Source: Escherichia phage phT4A
Strand: one strand, 5' to 3'
Sequence record: NC_055712.1
Length of the DNA stretch: 64,000 bases
Below the pieces are notes generated by a model. That model had not been told where the DNA came from and searched no databases. It saw nothing but the letters and a program-made list of their open reading frames with translations. Shown here piece after piece: positions 1 through 13,534 of this stretch (the first letter of the stretch is position 1; each line of letters starts with the position of its first letter). A program made the position numbers and the translations under genes.

Positions 1-436
1 AGGATTCGGCTTTATGGGTATCACGATGTTAACAGTATTCATCAACTCTGGTTTGTCAATGACTCATAACGAGACAATCATTGATATTCTGAGAAACTAC
101 CGTTTCGATAGTGGTTATCCTAAGTTCTGGCCTGATCGCATTGCGAGTATGGACGGTAACGGAAACCAACAATTCGACCTGGTTACTGGTGAACCTCTGT
201 ACACCGCACACCCGCGAGCGGGGGAACCTTTTGATGTACCTCCGGAATATGACATTGAAGAAAAACCGCTTAACGGTGTTCTTCCTTCTGCGCGACGGTT
301 CGATCAAAGCCCGTTGTTCGATTGCTCAGGCGTTAAATATTCACAGTTCCGTAATTTGGTGGATAAACGACTGAAAGATGATGCAGGAAACCCACGTGAT
401 CCAAATCCTCCATCACAGATTAAGGTAGGAAATTAA
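1..436 (+). CDS. 7: baseplate wedge protein gp7, C-terminal fragment (5' end outside window)
   Basis: ORF runs from the window edge to a stop at 434-436, immediately before the gp8 start; assigned by T4 synteny 7-8-9-10-11-12. Confidence 0.6.
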   Translation, partial: GFGFMGITMLTVFINSGLSMTHNETIIDILRNYRFDSGYPKFWPDRIASMDGNGNQQFDLVTGEPLYTAHPRAGEPFDVPPEYDIEEKPLNGVLPSARRFDQSPLFDCSGVKYSQFRNLVDKRLKDDAGNPRDPNPPSQIKVGN

Positions 437-1429
437 ATGGCACAACAAAACTTGTATCGGTCGGTAATTACTGCAAAATTCCGAACCGAAAACTTGATGA
501 ACTTCAAAGATATGATCGGCGATGCCGCCGATCTAAACACGATTTATATGTCTATTGGGCGAACTGAATCATGGGCGGATAACGAATCCGACCCTAACTT
601 CGCCCCGCCATATCCAAATGATAGCACCGATGGTGTTAGTGATATGTGGACGCATATGATCGGGGCTACTAAAGTTCCTGGTGATATGATAGATGCAATT
701 TTACCACGTAAAGACTGGGGTGATACTCGTTATCCAAACCCGAAAATCTTTTACTTTAACGATATTGTCGTTGTAAACACCGCGCCTTATAACCGTACTG
801 ATCCGGGTAAAGGTTGGATGGTTTATCGTGTAGTCGATGTTCCTGATATCGGTTCTTGCTCCATTTCGAGCATTACCGGAAAACTTGAATGTATCAGGAT
901 CGGCGGTATCTGGAGTCCGTCTCATGAATCTAGTGAACCTCCACGCGGAGAAGCTAACGGGATCGACATGGGCGACGGTTATAAATGGGAATACCTCTAC
1001 ACAATCCCGCCAGATGTCGTGATCAACCGCTGTACAAACGAACATATCGTAGTTCCTTTCCCTGGCGAACTGGAAGAGGATCCGGTACGTTGGGGTTATG
1101 ATAACGTGATTCAATGGTATCCAGGACAATACGATCTAGTGTATCGGTTGAAGGTGAATTCAATGCGTTTTCGTGCATACATGGATTCTCTTTTCTTCCC
1201 GCAATCTACGCTTCCTGGTAACAAAGGGTTCCGTCAGATAAGTATTATTGTAAACCCGTTGATTAAAAAGGCAAGCCCGACCGAACCTGAAAAGAAAGCA
1301 ACTGGTGATTACTATAATGCTAACGCGCTTGAACCTGATTCCGGACGTATGATTTACATGGAAAACAGACAACCTATTATTCGCTCCCTTGATCAGACTG
1401 AGGAAGTGAGTATTGTATTCGAATTCTAA
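437..1429 (+). CDS. 8: baseplate wedge protein gp8
   Basis: 330 aa; co-linear similarity to T4 gp8 (e.g. PPYPxDS..DMWTHM, NRCTNE(Y/H)IVVP, GNKGFRQISII, MIYMENR); synteny. Confidence 0.93.
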   Translation: MAQQNLYRSVITAKFRTENLMNFKDMIGDAADLNTIYMSIGRTESWADNESDPNFAPPYPNDSTDGVSDMWTHMIGATKVPGDMIDAILPRKDWGDTRYPNPKIFYFNDIVVVNTAPYNRTDPGKGWMVYRVVDVPDIGSCSISSITGKLECIRIGGIWSPSHESSEPPRGEANGIDMGDGYKWEYLYTIPPDVVINRCTNEHIVVPFPGELEEDPVRWGYDNVIQWYPGQYDLVYRLKVNSMRFRAYMDSLFFPQSTLPGNKGFRQISIIVNPLIKKASPTEPEKKATGDYYNANALEPDSGRMIYMENRQPIIRSLDQTEEVSIVFEF

Positions 1430-1438
1430 GGAAAAACA

Positions 1439-2302
1439 ATGGCTTACCAAACAGCAAAAAAACTAATTGATGTCGGTGAAATCGGCAACCCATCAACAGG
1501 CGACCCGCTTTATGATGGTGGTGTTAAACTGAACGAAATGATCACCAACGTTTATAATGCGTTTGGTGATGTGCGTATGCTGTCTGCAAACGAAGGTGTC
1601 GGTAACATGGTGATCCATGCTACCGGATACTATCAGAAACTACCACGCACTTACTATTCAAGCACACCGATCGAACTGGGTTCCTTGCATGACATGGATA
1701 CTTCAACAGGTTCGATTACCGTTGTTCTTCCTTCTGGTAAGGTTGGAGAAGGTTGCTACTTCATAAATAGTACGGGTAGTGTCTCTGTTGATCGTCCTAT
1801 CGCGTTTCGTCCTCAAGTTGGCGATACTATCGCGGGGGTTGCAGACCAGTTGTATATCACGTCACCTTACACCTTTGTAAAAATCTGGTGTACCAAAAAA
1901 GAAGGTGCGGTAACAACATGGGATTATTCTGTAGAATCTATGTTCGGTTCTAAAACGATGCCTGTTGACACTACGGCGCTTGTACTGAAAGCAAACCCGA
2001 CTGCTATTCCTATGTTCGGATATAGCGAATTTAGCGGGGCTAAGGTGCTCGTATACGCAGAAAACGTAGCTGGTACAGTTACCAAAATGGCAGAAGTTTT
2101 AATGACCGTGGATCGTGTAAACAAAACGATTTATTCAACGGAATACGCTATTTTGAAAAACAGTGAAGATGAAATGTTTACATTAAACTTTACTGTCGGT
2201 GCTGGTGATGTCGTATACGCTAACGTGCAAGCGATCAAAGAAGATCGAATTAAATTCACGATTAAAGCAATCGATACGATTAAATCAGGGATCGCGTCAT
2301 GA
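1439..2302 (+). CDS. 9: baseplate wedge protein gp9 (long tail fibre attachment)
   Basis: 287 aa; N-terminus KKLIDxGEIGNxSTGD and IHATGYYQK match T4 gp9; synteny. Confidence 0.93.
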   Translation: MAYQTAKKLIDVGEIGNPSTGDPLYDGGVKLNEMITNVYNAFGDVRMLSANEGVGNMVIHATGYYQKLPRTYYSSTPIELGSLHDMDTSTGSITVVLPSGKVGEGCYFINSTGSVSVDRPIAFRPQVGDTIAGVADQLYITSPYTFVKIWCTKKEGAVTTWDYSVESMFGSKTMPVDTTALVLKANPTAIPMFGYSEFSGAKVLVYAENVAGTVTKMAEVLMTVDRVNKTIYSTEYAILKNSEDEMFTLNFTVGAGDVVYANVQAIKEDRIKFTIKAIDTIKSGIAS

Positions 2303-4116
2303 AACAAGAAATTTTAATAGGTCAGGTTGTAGACGATGGTACAGGCGATTACCTGCGTCGAGGTGGTCAAAAGACTAACAGCAACTTTACAGAATTGTAT
2401 AACATGCTGGGGGATGGTGAGATCCCCCATCCAGCAGGTGCCTGGAAAACTTTTGCGGGTACGACGCTATCACCAAAATTTGGTGAATCATGGGCGTTGA
2501 ATACCAGTGCAAACAAAATCACCGTAAACCTCCCGAAAGGCGGCGTAGGCGATTATAACAAAGTTATTCGTCTGCGTGATGTGTGGTCGCGTTGGGCTAC
2601 CAACAACGTTAGACTGATCCCCGCAACTGGTGATACTATCAAAGGTTCCCCAACTCCTAAAGATCTGTTTAAAGATTTTATGGATGTGGAATTGGTGTAT
2701 TGTTCTCCGGGCCGTTGGGAATACGTCGAAAACAAACAGATTGACAAAATCACAACTTCGGATCTGGCAACAGTAGCAAAAGAAACGTATATTGCTACTC
2801 AGGGACAAACTGACTTCCCTAACGTATTCGGTGTTGGTAATGAATACAACCTGCAATCGTTCGAAGTTTACTATCGCGGTAACTTGCTTTTCATCGATGA
2901 GAAAGACGGATTCAATGCTGATAACTCAGACTATGGATCGATTGGTTCTGCTCCTGGTGAACTGGTTGCACTTGATGGTAATTCAGTACGTCTTAAAAAC
3001 CCGTGTAACGCTGGTGACACGCTTCAATTTGTTACCTATCTAGATGGGTTAGCAACATGGCGTTCGAGCTATGAAGCGTATGTGATGCGCATGTATCAGA
3101 CTGGTGATACTTCTCTGGAAACCGTTCCTGGTGAACAGTGGGTAGGTGATCTGGCAACCAAAAAAGAGTTTACACCTGCTGAATTTGGTGTTAACCCTCG
3201 CGTGTTGATTAACCCTAACTCGTTTGAACTGCTTCTCAACGGTAAACAACTGGTTAAAGGCGGTGACGCTGACTATCCGGCGTTTTCCTGTGAAGGTGCG
3301 GAAGGTGTTGATGAAAGTACGTGTGTTGGTAACTCTGGTGTATGGGTTCCGTCAGGACAGGATTATAGTTTAGTATTCACTGATTCTGTAGTGACTTCAA
3401 TCAAGTTTGCTCAGGAACTGGAATCCGGCGACGTTGTAACGATCCGTTGGTTTAACAATGATATTGGTACTCTGATGGATTGGGAAGGAACTGGCGGTAT
3501 TAAAGAAAAAGCTGATAAGGTTTATCTCAATAACGAAGAAGAAGTTATATTGACGAACCGTATCGAATATACCGATTATAATAACCCTTCTCAGAAAACA
3601 ATGCGTAATACAGGGGAAACCTATCAGGGACGTATTCTGGATATTCAGGCTATGTTTGATATTATCCACCCGATCGGAACCATCTATGAAAACGCACACA
3701 ACCCGGCAAACCCTGCTGATTATATGGGATTTGGTGGTTGGAAACGTTACGCAGAAGGTTATTTCCTGGCTGGCTGGACATCAAATGCAGCGGATCCTGA
3801 TTTCGCATTAAACAATAATGATTTAGATAGTGGTGGTCAACCGAGTCATACGGCAGGTGGTACAGGCGGTGATCGTGGTACAGAAATCAAAATCATCAAC
3901 GTTCCTGAACTTGTATCAAAAGATAAAGTTCTGATTGCTGATGAAAATGGTGCTGTGATCATTGGTGGTTGTCAGTTAGATCCTGATGCTTCTGGCCCTG
4001 GATACACTAAATACCGTGAGGATACATTGAAAGTGAATCATGGTAACACATTACCTGATAAAATCAAAACTATTCCACCGTATATGACTGCACATCGCTG
4101 GATAAGGGTTGCATAA
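2299..4116 (+). CDS. 10: baseplate wedge protein gp10
   Basis: 605 aa; MKQ..IGxVVDDGTGDYLR N-terminus and ALNNNDLDSGGxPSHTAGGTGG, YTKYRE near C-terminus as in T4 gp10. Confidence 0.93.
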   Translation: MKQEILIGQVVDDGTGDYLRRGGQKTNSNFTELYNMLGDGEIPHPAGAWKTFAGTTLSPKFGESWALNTSANKITVNLPKGGVGDYNKVIRLRDVWSRWATNNVRLIPATGDTIKGSPTPKDLFKDFMDVELVYCSPGRWEYVENKQIDKITTSDLATVAKETYIATQGQTDFPNVFGVGNEYNLQSFEVYYRGNLLFIDEKDGFNADNSDYGSIGSAPGELVALDGNSVRLKNPCNAGDTLQFVTYLDGLATWRSSYEAYVMRMYQTGDTSLETVPGEQWVGDLATKKEFTPAEFGVNPRVLINPNSFELLLNGKQLVKGGDADYPAFSCEGAEGVDESTCVGNSGVWVPSGQDYSLVFTDSVVTSIKFAQELESGDVVTIRWFNNDIGTLMDWEGTGGIKEKADKVYLNNEEEVILTNRIEYTDYNNPSQKTMRNTGETYQGRILDIQAMFDIIHPIGTIYENAHNPANPADYMGFGGWKRYAEGYFLAGWTSNAADPDFALNNNDLDSGGQPSHTAGGTGGDRGTEIKIINVPELVSKDKVLIADENGAVIIGGCQLDPDASGPGYTKYREDTLKVNHGNTLPDKIKTIPPYMTAHRWIRVA

Positions 4117-4784
4117 TGGCTTACAACAATATTTCAAAAACAAGGGAGGGCGCTCGCGTCCTCTCTAAAGAAGCAGATTACTTACAGTATGATACTTATG
4201 GTAAGTTGCCTCTGATCGGCGGTAAACGTTCGATCGGCGAACCAAACATTGACCAAACAAAACGCGGTGTTCTGTATGGAAACGTACAATCCGCAATTGA
4301 TGACCTGTATACGCTTATCGAGCAAATCCCGATTAACGGCGTTGTTACCATGACTGAGGATGCACCTCCAATCGCCGTACAGCAGGTTGAGAGCGTTTCT
4401 TTTGATGGTATTGTACAGAACATCGATTCAGACCAAGAACAGGCTGTAGTTCACGTATACGGCTTCCCTTTCATCTTTGATAATGGGACTAACGCCGCAA
4501 CCGTTTGTGAAACTGCATACAACAAATTTACTGAATTCGTTGCAGCGGAAAAATATTTCGCAGAAGTTAACCGCAAAGGTGTTGATGGTACGATCCTTGA
4601 ATGTCGATTTATTGATAGTGTTCCGCACCCGGCAACAAATATCTCAGAAAACGGTATTCGTCAAATCGGAACTATCGACGTAGCCGCAAAAAATGGCTAT
4701 GGTTCATGGGTTAAGTTGGGTTCTGGTTTCTTACCTGATGTTACTCCGCAAGTAACCGTGTATTACTTCAAACGAATTGCATAA
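4116..4784 (+). CDS. 11: baseplate wedge protein gp11
   Basis: 222 aa (T4 gp11 219 aa); position between 10 and 12; start overlaps gp10 stop. Confidence 0.85.
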   Translation: MAYNNISKTREGARVLSKEADYLQYDTYGKLPLIGGKRSIGEPNIDQTKRGVLYGNVQSAIDDLYTLIEQIPINGVVTMTEDAPPIAVQQVESVSFDGIVQNIDSDQEQAVVHVYGFPFIFDNGTNAATVCETAYNKFTEFVAAEKYFAEVNRKGVDGTILECRFIDSVPHPATNISENGIRQIGTIDVAAKNGYGSWVKLGSGFLPDVTPQVTVYYFKRIA

Positions 4785-4793
4785 GGATAACAC

Positions 4794-6179
4794 ATGAGTA
4801 ACAATACAATCAACCACGTAAGTGATAAATCCATTTACGTGACATTTGACCCAACAGGTACTGATTGGCCTGATACCATAACCAACGTACAAGATGCGTT
4901 GGAAAAAATAGGTAGTTGGGCGCGTACTGATACTGGGCTTCCTATCGCAACAACTTCTGTTCGTGGTATTGCTCAGATCGCAACCGAAGCTGATATTGAC
5001 GCTGGCACGGATAACACTAAGATTGTTACTCCGAAACTGTTAGCATATCGTATGCAGAACCCTAAAGCATCACAAACCGTATGGGGTTATACGAAGTATT
5101 CGACTGATGCGGAATCTACAACCGTAACTAACGATGCATCGTCTATTACTCCGCGATCTCTGAACTATGTGTTCAATAACCGTAAAGGTACAGAATCGGT
5201 TTGGGGTTCTTCTAAAATTGCTACCACTGCACAGGCGGTTGCTGGTACAGATAACACTGTAACTATGACTCCGCTTAAAGTCAAGCAAGCGATCGCGTCC
5301 CTGGTTCCTGTTCAGTCAAGCGCGACCGAAAGCTCGCAAGGTTTGGTACAACTGGCAACAGTTGCACAGGTTCAGGCTGGTACGATCCGTGAAGGGTATG
5401 CAATTTCACCTTATACGTTTATTCGTTTAACTGCAACTGAAAGCAACCTGGGCGTTATTCGTATCGCATCACAGGCAGAAGCAAACGCGGGTACTGATGA
5501 CACCAAAGCGATTACTGCGAAAAAATTAATCAATACCCGTGCAACTGGATCTCAGTTCGGTGTTGTCAAATTAGCAACAACTGTTGGTTATGTGGCAAAC
5601 ACTGCACTTTCTTCAAACGCTGCTGTATTACCTAGTGATCGAAATGCGGTAATTAACGGTTCTCTTTATGAGAATAGCGCAATATATAACAACAAATATC
5701 AGACGTGGACAGATCTTGATTGGCATTTCCCAGTAGGTGCTATTGTCATGACTGGTTTTCAGACTGACCACGGTAGTTTGTATATTTGTGATGGTCGCTC
5801 ACTGAATAAAAATAACTATCCGTTACTTTTTGAGCGTATAGGTTATACATTTGGTGGTGGCGGTGATTGGTTTAACCTTCCAGATTGTCGAGGCGTTGCA
5901 GTACGTGGTCATGACCGTGGACGCGGATTAAACCCTAATCGTGGGTATGGTACATATGAAGGCGATATGTTGGGCTGGCACGAACACCCATTACAGCTTA
6001 TCTACCAGAACGGCGGTAATATTCCGAAATGGCAAGCAGTTTATGAACTTAAAAGCGCCGAGAAAAACGATCAGAGTGCTCGCGTGTTTGATTCTTCCAT
6101 AACTAAAGCTACTGGTGTGGGCGGAGAAGAAACCCGCATGAAAAACATCGCATTAAACTACGTAATTCGCGTATTATAA
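4794..6179 (+). CDS. 12: short tail fibre protein gp12
   Basis: 461 aa; MSNNT..HVS, SVRGIAQIATEA, ESSQGLVQLATVAQ, REGYAISPYTF repeats and C-terminal NIALNYVIRV match T4 gp12. Confidence 0.93.
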   Translation: MSNNTINHVSDKSIYVTFDPTGTDWPDTITNVQDALEKIGSWARTDTGLPIATTSVRGIAQIATEADIDAGTDNTKIVTPKLLAYRMQNPKASQTVWGYTKYSTDAESTTVTNDASSITPRSLNYVFNNRKGTESVWGSSKIATTAQAVAGTDNTVTMTPLKVKQAIASLVPVQSSATESSQGLVQLATVAQVQAGTIREGYAISPYTFIRLTATESNLGVIRIASQAEANAGTDDTKAITAKKLINTRATGSQFGVVKLATTVGYVANTALSSNAAVLPSDRNAVINGSLYENSAIYNNKYQTWTDLDWHFPVGAIVMTGFQTDHGSLYICDGRSLNKNNYPLLFERIGYTFGGGGDWFNLPDCRGVAVRGHDRGRGLNPNRGYGTYEGDMLGWHEHPLQLIYQNGGNIPKWQAVYELKSAEKNDQSARVFDSSITKATGVGGEETRMKNIALNYVIRVL

Positions 6180-6192
6180 CAGAGGTTATTAA

Positions 6193-7945
6193 ATGATCAT
6201 CGACAAATTAAACCCGTTGCCGAAGATCCCGTTTGTTGATGGCGTCCCAGATGACGCCACGACTCAAACGAAGATTATTTGGATCAAAAACGGTGAAACT
6301 CTGGACGGTTCGCCAGATAAAGTGTCAAACACTGGTAGTCTTAACCGAACTGGTGTAAACATCCAGCAGAACGCGGTTCAGTTAGAACAAAATACCATCA
6401 CCCATAATGATAAAATCAACGAAGTAATCGATCAGGTTAACTTGATTACTGAAAACATTGATGCTATTGGTGATGAGAGCGTAATCAAAAAAAGTTAACC
6501 AGTTGGATCAGGATGTTCAGGCATTAACTTTATCTAACACCCAAACACAGAACAAGGTAGCACAGTTAACCCTTTCTGTAAATGCTCAGAACGATGAAAT
6601 TGGGGAATACGATCCAGAAAAGGATCCTAAACACCGCACAATTCGTAATGATATCATTTACATTAAGAAAGAAGTTGGTTCATATCCTGGATTTAACGTT
6701 GATGGTGATGTTGACCCCTCTTCTACTGGTACTGGCCTTAAATACCGCGTACTGAGTAACCAACGTGCTATTTCTATGCAGGAAACTCGCATAACCAAAC
6801 TGGAAGATGATTGGGCGCTTTCCGAAGTAGGACAACTGACAGAAGAGGTAAAAGAACTTCGTGCTGAAATGGGTGATTCTGGTCTTGCCACAACCCGATC
6901 AATCTATGCGCGAATCAAGATCCTTGAGGATGGTTCTATTGTAATGCAAAATGAACTTGATGCGATTAATAGTTATATCGGTCGCACGTCAGGTTCAACC
7001 AGTTCCATTAACGATCGTGTGAACAGTCTGGAAAACTCCGTTAGTTCTCTGGCTACACAAATCAATGATCCGGTAACTGGTATCACTGCACAAATTGCAA
7101 CCATTAACGGTCAAATCGGTACGGCTTCTGCTCAGGGTAGTATCCGTTATGATATTGCGGAAACTAAACGCAGATTGATGGATATGGAAATGATTCTGGG
7201 TGAATCCGGCGATGATGGATTGCAGGGACAAGTTGCGATCTTAACTGGTGACGTTGGTGAAGATTCAGATCCTACCAGTATCAAAGGCCGTTTGAGTGTT
7301 GTTGAGGGTGAATTACGCACCAACACTAGCGCACTCTGGGAACTGCAAGGCGTTGTAGGTAACTCTTCTAGTGGCCTCGTTGCAACTAGCCAGCAGATTA
7401 ACAAAGAAATCTATGGTGATGGTGTTAGTTCCGATCCTGTTACTCGCGCTGGTTTGAAAACAACAACCCGCAACCTGTTCACTCAGGTAGGAGATAACTC
7501 CGAAGGTAACGAAACGGGCATTTATGCACTGATTGCCGACCTTACTAAACGTGTTGAGGATTTAGAAGCGTTGAACATTGCACAGGCACTTGCAGATCGC
7601 GTAACTATCGAAGATCTGAATGCTAAACTGGCTCTGTACATCAAAGAAGCTGACGCCGATCTCCGTTATGAGAGCAAAAACCCGCCTCTGTCATTCGGTA
7701 CTAACCTAACTGGTGATACTGAATACACTACTGGCGATCCATTGTCTCTAAGCGTAACTATGAATGGTGGTGTTTCTCCGCTGTCTTACCAGTGGACGAA
7801 AAACGGCGTAAACGTTGGTACTGATGCTAACACATTTACCATCGATTCGCTACAGCCTTCTGATTCCGGAACTTACAAAGTAACGGTAACTGATGCAAGC
7901 CATAAAGTCATCGTTTCTGATGAACTGGCGATCACTGTCGCTTAA
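6193..7945 (+). CDS. wac: fibritin (whisker protein), interrupted by a single-base frameshift in an A7 run at 6487-6493; C-terminal Ig-like domain
   Basis: Track ORFs 6193-6498 and 6503-7945 both match T4 Wac (PFVDGxP..WIKNGE; RTIRND..IKxExGxY) and are joined by removing one A from the A7 run. Confidence 0.85.
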
Positions 7946-7953
7946 CGATTAAC

Positions 7954-7974
7954 AAGGGGCTTCGGCCCCTTTTG
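7954..7974 (+). terminator. rho-independent terminator hairpin (ggggc-ttcg-gcccc + T tract)
   Basis: GC stem with ttcg loop followed by tttt directly after the wac stop. Confidence 0.6.
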
Positions 7975-7983
7975 AGGATCTTT

Positions 7984-8910
7984 ATGATTACGAACAACCC
8001 AGCACAATTAAAAGATGAAATTCTGCGCCGTTTAGGTGCTCCGATCGTCAAAATCGAAGTGACAACCGAACAGGTTTATGACTGCATTCAACGAGCATTA
8101 GACCTATATGCAGAATATCATTACAATGGATCTAACAAAGGGTATATCATTCTCACCCTGGGGCCGGACAACCCGAAAAATATTTTCGATCTGAGTAAAG
8201 AACACATTTTCGCAATTACTAAAGTGTTGCGTACTAACATGGGTTCCCTTGTATCGATGGATGGTACTGCGGTTTATCCGTGGTTTACTGATTTCCTGAT
8301 GGGCCTTACTGGTGGTTCTCTGGGCGGTGGTGGTTGTGCATCACGTACCTACGGAATGAACGCATATGGCGCGGATATGGGCTATTTTACCCAGATGATG
8401 AGCTATCAGCGGTCAATGCAAGATCTCCTGTCTCCGCTTCCGGATTACTGGTATAACGACGACACAGGACAGTTTGCAGTATACGGAACCGTTAAAGATG
8501 GTGATATTGTTGTTATCGAAGCAATGATCAGATCCTTTGTTGATGTACCCAGTATGGTCGGTAACGTCGCTGGATACGCTACAGCGGGTTCTGATGGTGA
8601 AGATAAGCCAACTATAGCAGATATATACAATAACCCCTACAAAGCCGTCTCAGGCGGCGTGAAGGCTGGTCAAGGTACAGGCGTTCAGAGTTCATCCTCT
8701 GCGTATAACAACCGTTGGGTGAAAGATTACGCAACTGCTCTTGTTAAAGAGGTAAACGGTCAGGTGCTGGCTAAGTTTCAGGGTATGCAATTGCCTGGTG
8801 GTGTTGCTCCGGATGGAACCAGACTGATTCAGGAAGCTATGCAAGAAAAAGAAAACCTCCGTCAAGAACTTCTGTTACTGTCTGATGCACTTCCAGTGTT
8901 GATGATGTAA
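7984..8910 (+). CDS. 13: neck protein gp13
   Basis: ATG at 7984 (track start 7972 is a TTG); LKDxILRRLGAPIxxxExTxxQxYDCIQRAL matches the T4 gp13 N-terminus. Confidence 0.9.
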   Translation: MITNNPAQLKDEILRRLGAPIVKIEVTTEQVYDCIQRALDLYAEYHYNGSNKGYIILTLGPDNPKNIFDLSKEHIFAITKVLRTNMGSLVSMDGTAVYPWFTDFLMGLTGGSLGGGGCASRTYGMNAYGADMGYFTQMMSYQRSMQDLLSPLPDYWYNDDTGQFAVYGTVKDGDIVVIEAMIRSFVDVPSMVGNVAGYATAGSDGEDKPTIADIYNNPYKAVSGGVKAGQGTGVQSSSSAYNNRWVKDYATALVKEVNGQVLAKFQGMQLPGGVAPDGTRLIQEAMQEKENLRQELLLLSDALPVLMM

Positions 8911-8919
8911 GGGGGAAAA

Positions 8920-9534
8920 ATGCAATTTAGATTATATCTAGTAGAGTTTAAAACTTCTACGGGAATAAAAATATATGGAGGTAAACGCCATTCTCCATTT
9001 AATGATCCTAGACATGATTGTTATTGCGGATCTGGGGTATACATCAAACGAGCATTAAAAAAATATGGAAGAGAATGTATTGTTAATATACAATGGTCAA
9101 AACCGTTTCCAAACAAGGATTTATTAGCGGAAGCCGAAGAATTACTTGTTGATGAGTTGATAGCATCTTATGATAATTGTGTTAATTTAGTTCGTGGCGG
9201 TAAAGGAGGTGCTTCTTTTTATAATCCAGAAGATAACCCTAATTTTGGTTCTAAACGATCTATTGAATCTAAAATAAAGATGTCAGAAAAGGCAAAAAAT
9301 AGGGTTTATAGCGAGGAAGGACTAAAACGAAGACAGGAAGCCACTAGGGTCATGATTCAACACAGAAAGCCTCGTGATGTTTCTGGAAGCAAAAACCCAG
9401 CCGCACGAAGGGTAATTGTGGATGGAGTAGAATACTCAACATTGAAAGAATGTGGAGATCATTACGGGATAACTAAAAACTCCGTCTTTAGTCGAATAAA
9501 ATCTAAGAAATGGGAGGGATGGAATTATGCGTGA
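8920..9534 (+). CDS. putative Seg-like GIY-YIG homing endonuclease (degenerate GIY-YIG N-terminus, NUMOD-like C-terminal DNA-binding repeats)
   Basis: 204 aa inserted between gp13 and gp14 (no gene there in T4); N-terminus YLVEF..GIKIYGGKR, basic C-terminus with IVDGVEYSTLKECGDHYGITKNSVFSRI. Confidence 0.6.
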   Translation: MQFRLYLVEFKTSTGIKIYGGKRHSPFNDPRHDCYCGSGVYIKRALKKYGRECIVNIQWSKPFPNKDLLAEAEELLVDELIASYDNCVNLVRGGKGGASFYNPEDNPNFGSKRSIESKIKMSEKAKNRVYSEEGLKRRQEATRVMIQHRKPRDVSGSKNPAARRVIVDGVEYSTLKECGDHYGITKNSVFSRIKSKKWEGWNYA

Positions 9535-10273
9535 TTGGGATGATAATTTATTCGCACAGTTGGAATCTGGCGAAGGTGTTGATAATAGTTTAAAAACGGA
9601 AGTTACTAACAAATACGTTAACTGGTACAAGTATAACCCTACTCAACAGTTACATGATTCACTAACAGCCGAAGCAATTCAAATGAAATCTCCGGATATG
9701 TATTACGTCCGTCGAGAATTTGTTAATATTGATAAAATTTTGGGTGAAGACCGTGAATCGAAGTTTACAAAATCGTGGAAAATTGCAGCATACATCGATT
9801 CGTATGCAAACTACGAAGGACAGAGAGACTTTTACAGCAAATTCGGTATGATGTCAAACGATGAAATGACACTTGTGATCAATCCTCGTTTATTTGCACA
9901 TCAAACTGATGGCGGGATCCCTGTTCTGGGGGATTTGATTTATTTCCCTATGGATAATAGCCTGTTTGAAATTACATGGATTGAGTTTGATCCGTTCTTC
10001 CAGTTCGGTGATCGTCCTCAACGTAAAATCAACCTCGTTAAATTTATCTATACTGGTGAAGAATTGGATCCTAAACTGCAACGAAATGAAGGGATTAACC
10101 TTGCTCCAGATGCTGATCTGGATCTCGAACCTATTCGAAATCTTGATGGATTGGCTGATACCAATATTGAACAATACGAAGAAGATCAAGCCTTTGAAGA
10201 TGAAGGCGATGAATTCATTGAATCGTTTGATGTTGTTAACGGACGCGGATCACCGTTCGCACAGTTCCCATAA
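9527..10273 (+). CDS. 14: neck protein gp14
   Basis: 248 aa; NLFA(K/Q)LE, FTKxWKxAAY, GDLIYFPxDNSLFEIxW, LQRNEGIN as in T4 gp14. Confidence 0.92.
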   Translation: MRDWDDNLFAQLESGEGVDNSLKTEVTNKYVNWYKYNPTQQLHDSLTAEAIQMKSPDMYYVRREFVNIDKILGEDRESKFTKSWKIAAYIDSYANYEGQRDFYSKFGMMSNDEMTLVINPRLFAHQTDGGIPVLGDLIYFPMDNSLFEITWIEFDPFFQFGDRPQRKINLVKFIYTGEELDPKLQRNEGINLAPDADLDLEPIRNLDGLADTNIEQYEEDQAFEDEGDEFIESFDVVNGRGSPFAQFP

Positions 10274-10353
10274 ATATAACCAGGGGAAACCCTATACATG
10301 TAAGGGTATAAGATTTCTCCTATACCCGCTTTAACCCATACAGGAAAAATAAA

Positions 10354-11174
10354 ATGTTTGGATTTTGGTATAATAGTTCGCTGCGAAATTATATTGTCTT
10401 GATGGGTTGTCTTTTCAATCACGTGCAAGTTAAACGCATTCGCGGCGAACAAGAAAAATTTATCAAGGTTCCGATTACCTACGCATCAAAAGAAAAATTC
10501 CTGGCATCCATGAACAAGCTGAACTATGCATACAGTCAGGAAAATGTTGCTAAAACGGAAACAATTTTACCACGTATGAATCTATCCCTCGTTGATTTGC
10601 AGTATAACGCAATTCGTAAAACGGGGATCGCGGTAAACCAAAAAATGACGCAGTTACGCGCACCTGGAAAAACAGTAACGCAGTTTAACCCTGCTCCGTA
10701 TCGTCTCATGTTCGAACTGGGAGTGTATACCCGTTACGAAGATGATGTGTTTCAGATCATAGAACAGATACTGCCATACTTCCAGCCGCATTTCAACTGT
10801 CGTATTACAGAATTACATAAAAACGACATTAAAATAGACCGAGATATTAAAATATCTCTGCAATCTGTTTCCCCTGATACCACGTTTGAAGGTGATACAA
10901 CGACACGGCGACACATTGAATGGTCTTTAATGTTTGAATTACAGGGCTACCTGTATCCGCCTGTTAACGAGATTAAAGGCGAGATCAGAACAGTATACAC
11001 GGATTTCTTTTCCAATATGAACCCGTTGGACAAAGACAATTTTGAATCCGTTGATGCTCAGGTGGATCCGGTTGATATGCCTATACAGGATTACACGGGA
11101 GAAGAATACGTTCAAACGTATGCTAATGATATCCCAATTCCTAGCGGTGATCAACCTCCTAAACCGAGGGGCCA

Positions 11175-11178
<4 letters not shown>
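10354..11178 (+). CDS. 15: tail sheath stabiliser / tail completion protein gp15
   Basis: 274 aa; MFG(Y/F)(F/W)YNSS, FIxVPITYASKE, FQIxEQILPYFQPHFN, RRxIEWSL match T4 gp15. Confidence 0.92.
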
Positions 11179-13515
<2,337 letters not shown>

Positions 13516-13534
13516 ATTTAGAGGAAACTTAATA

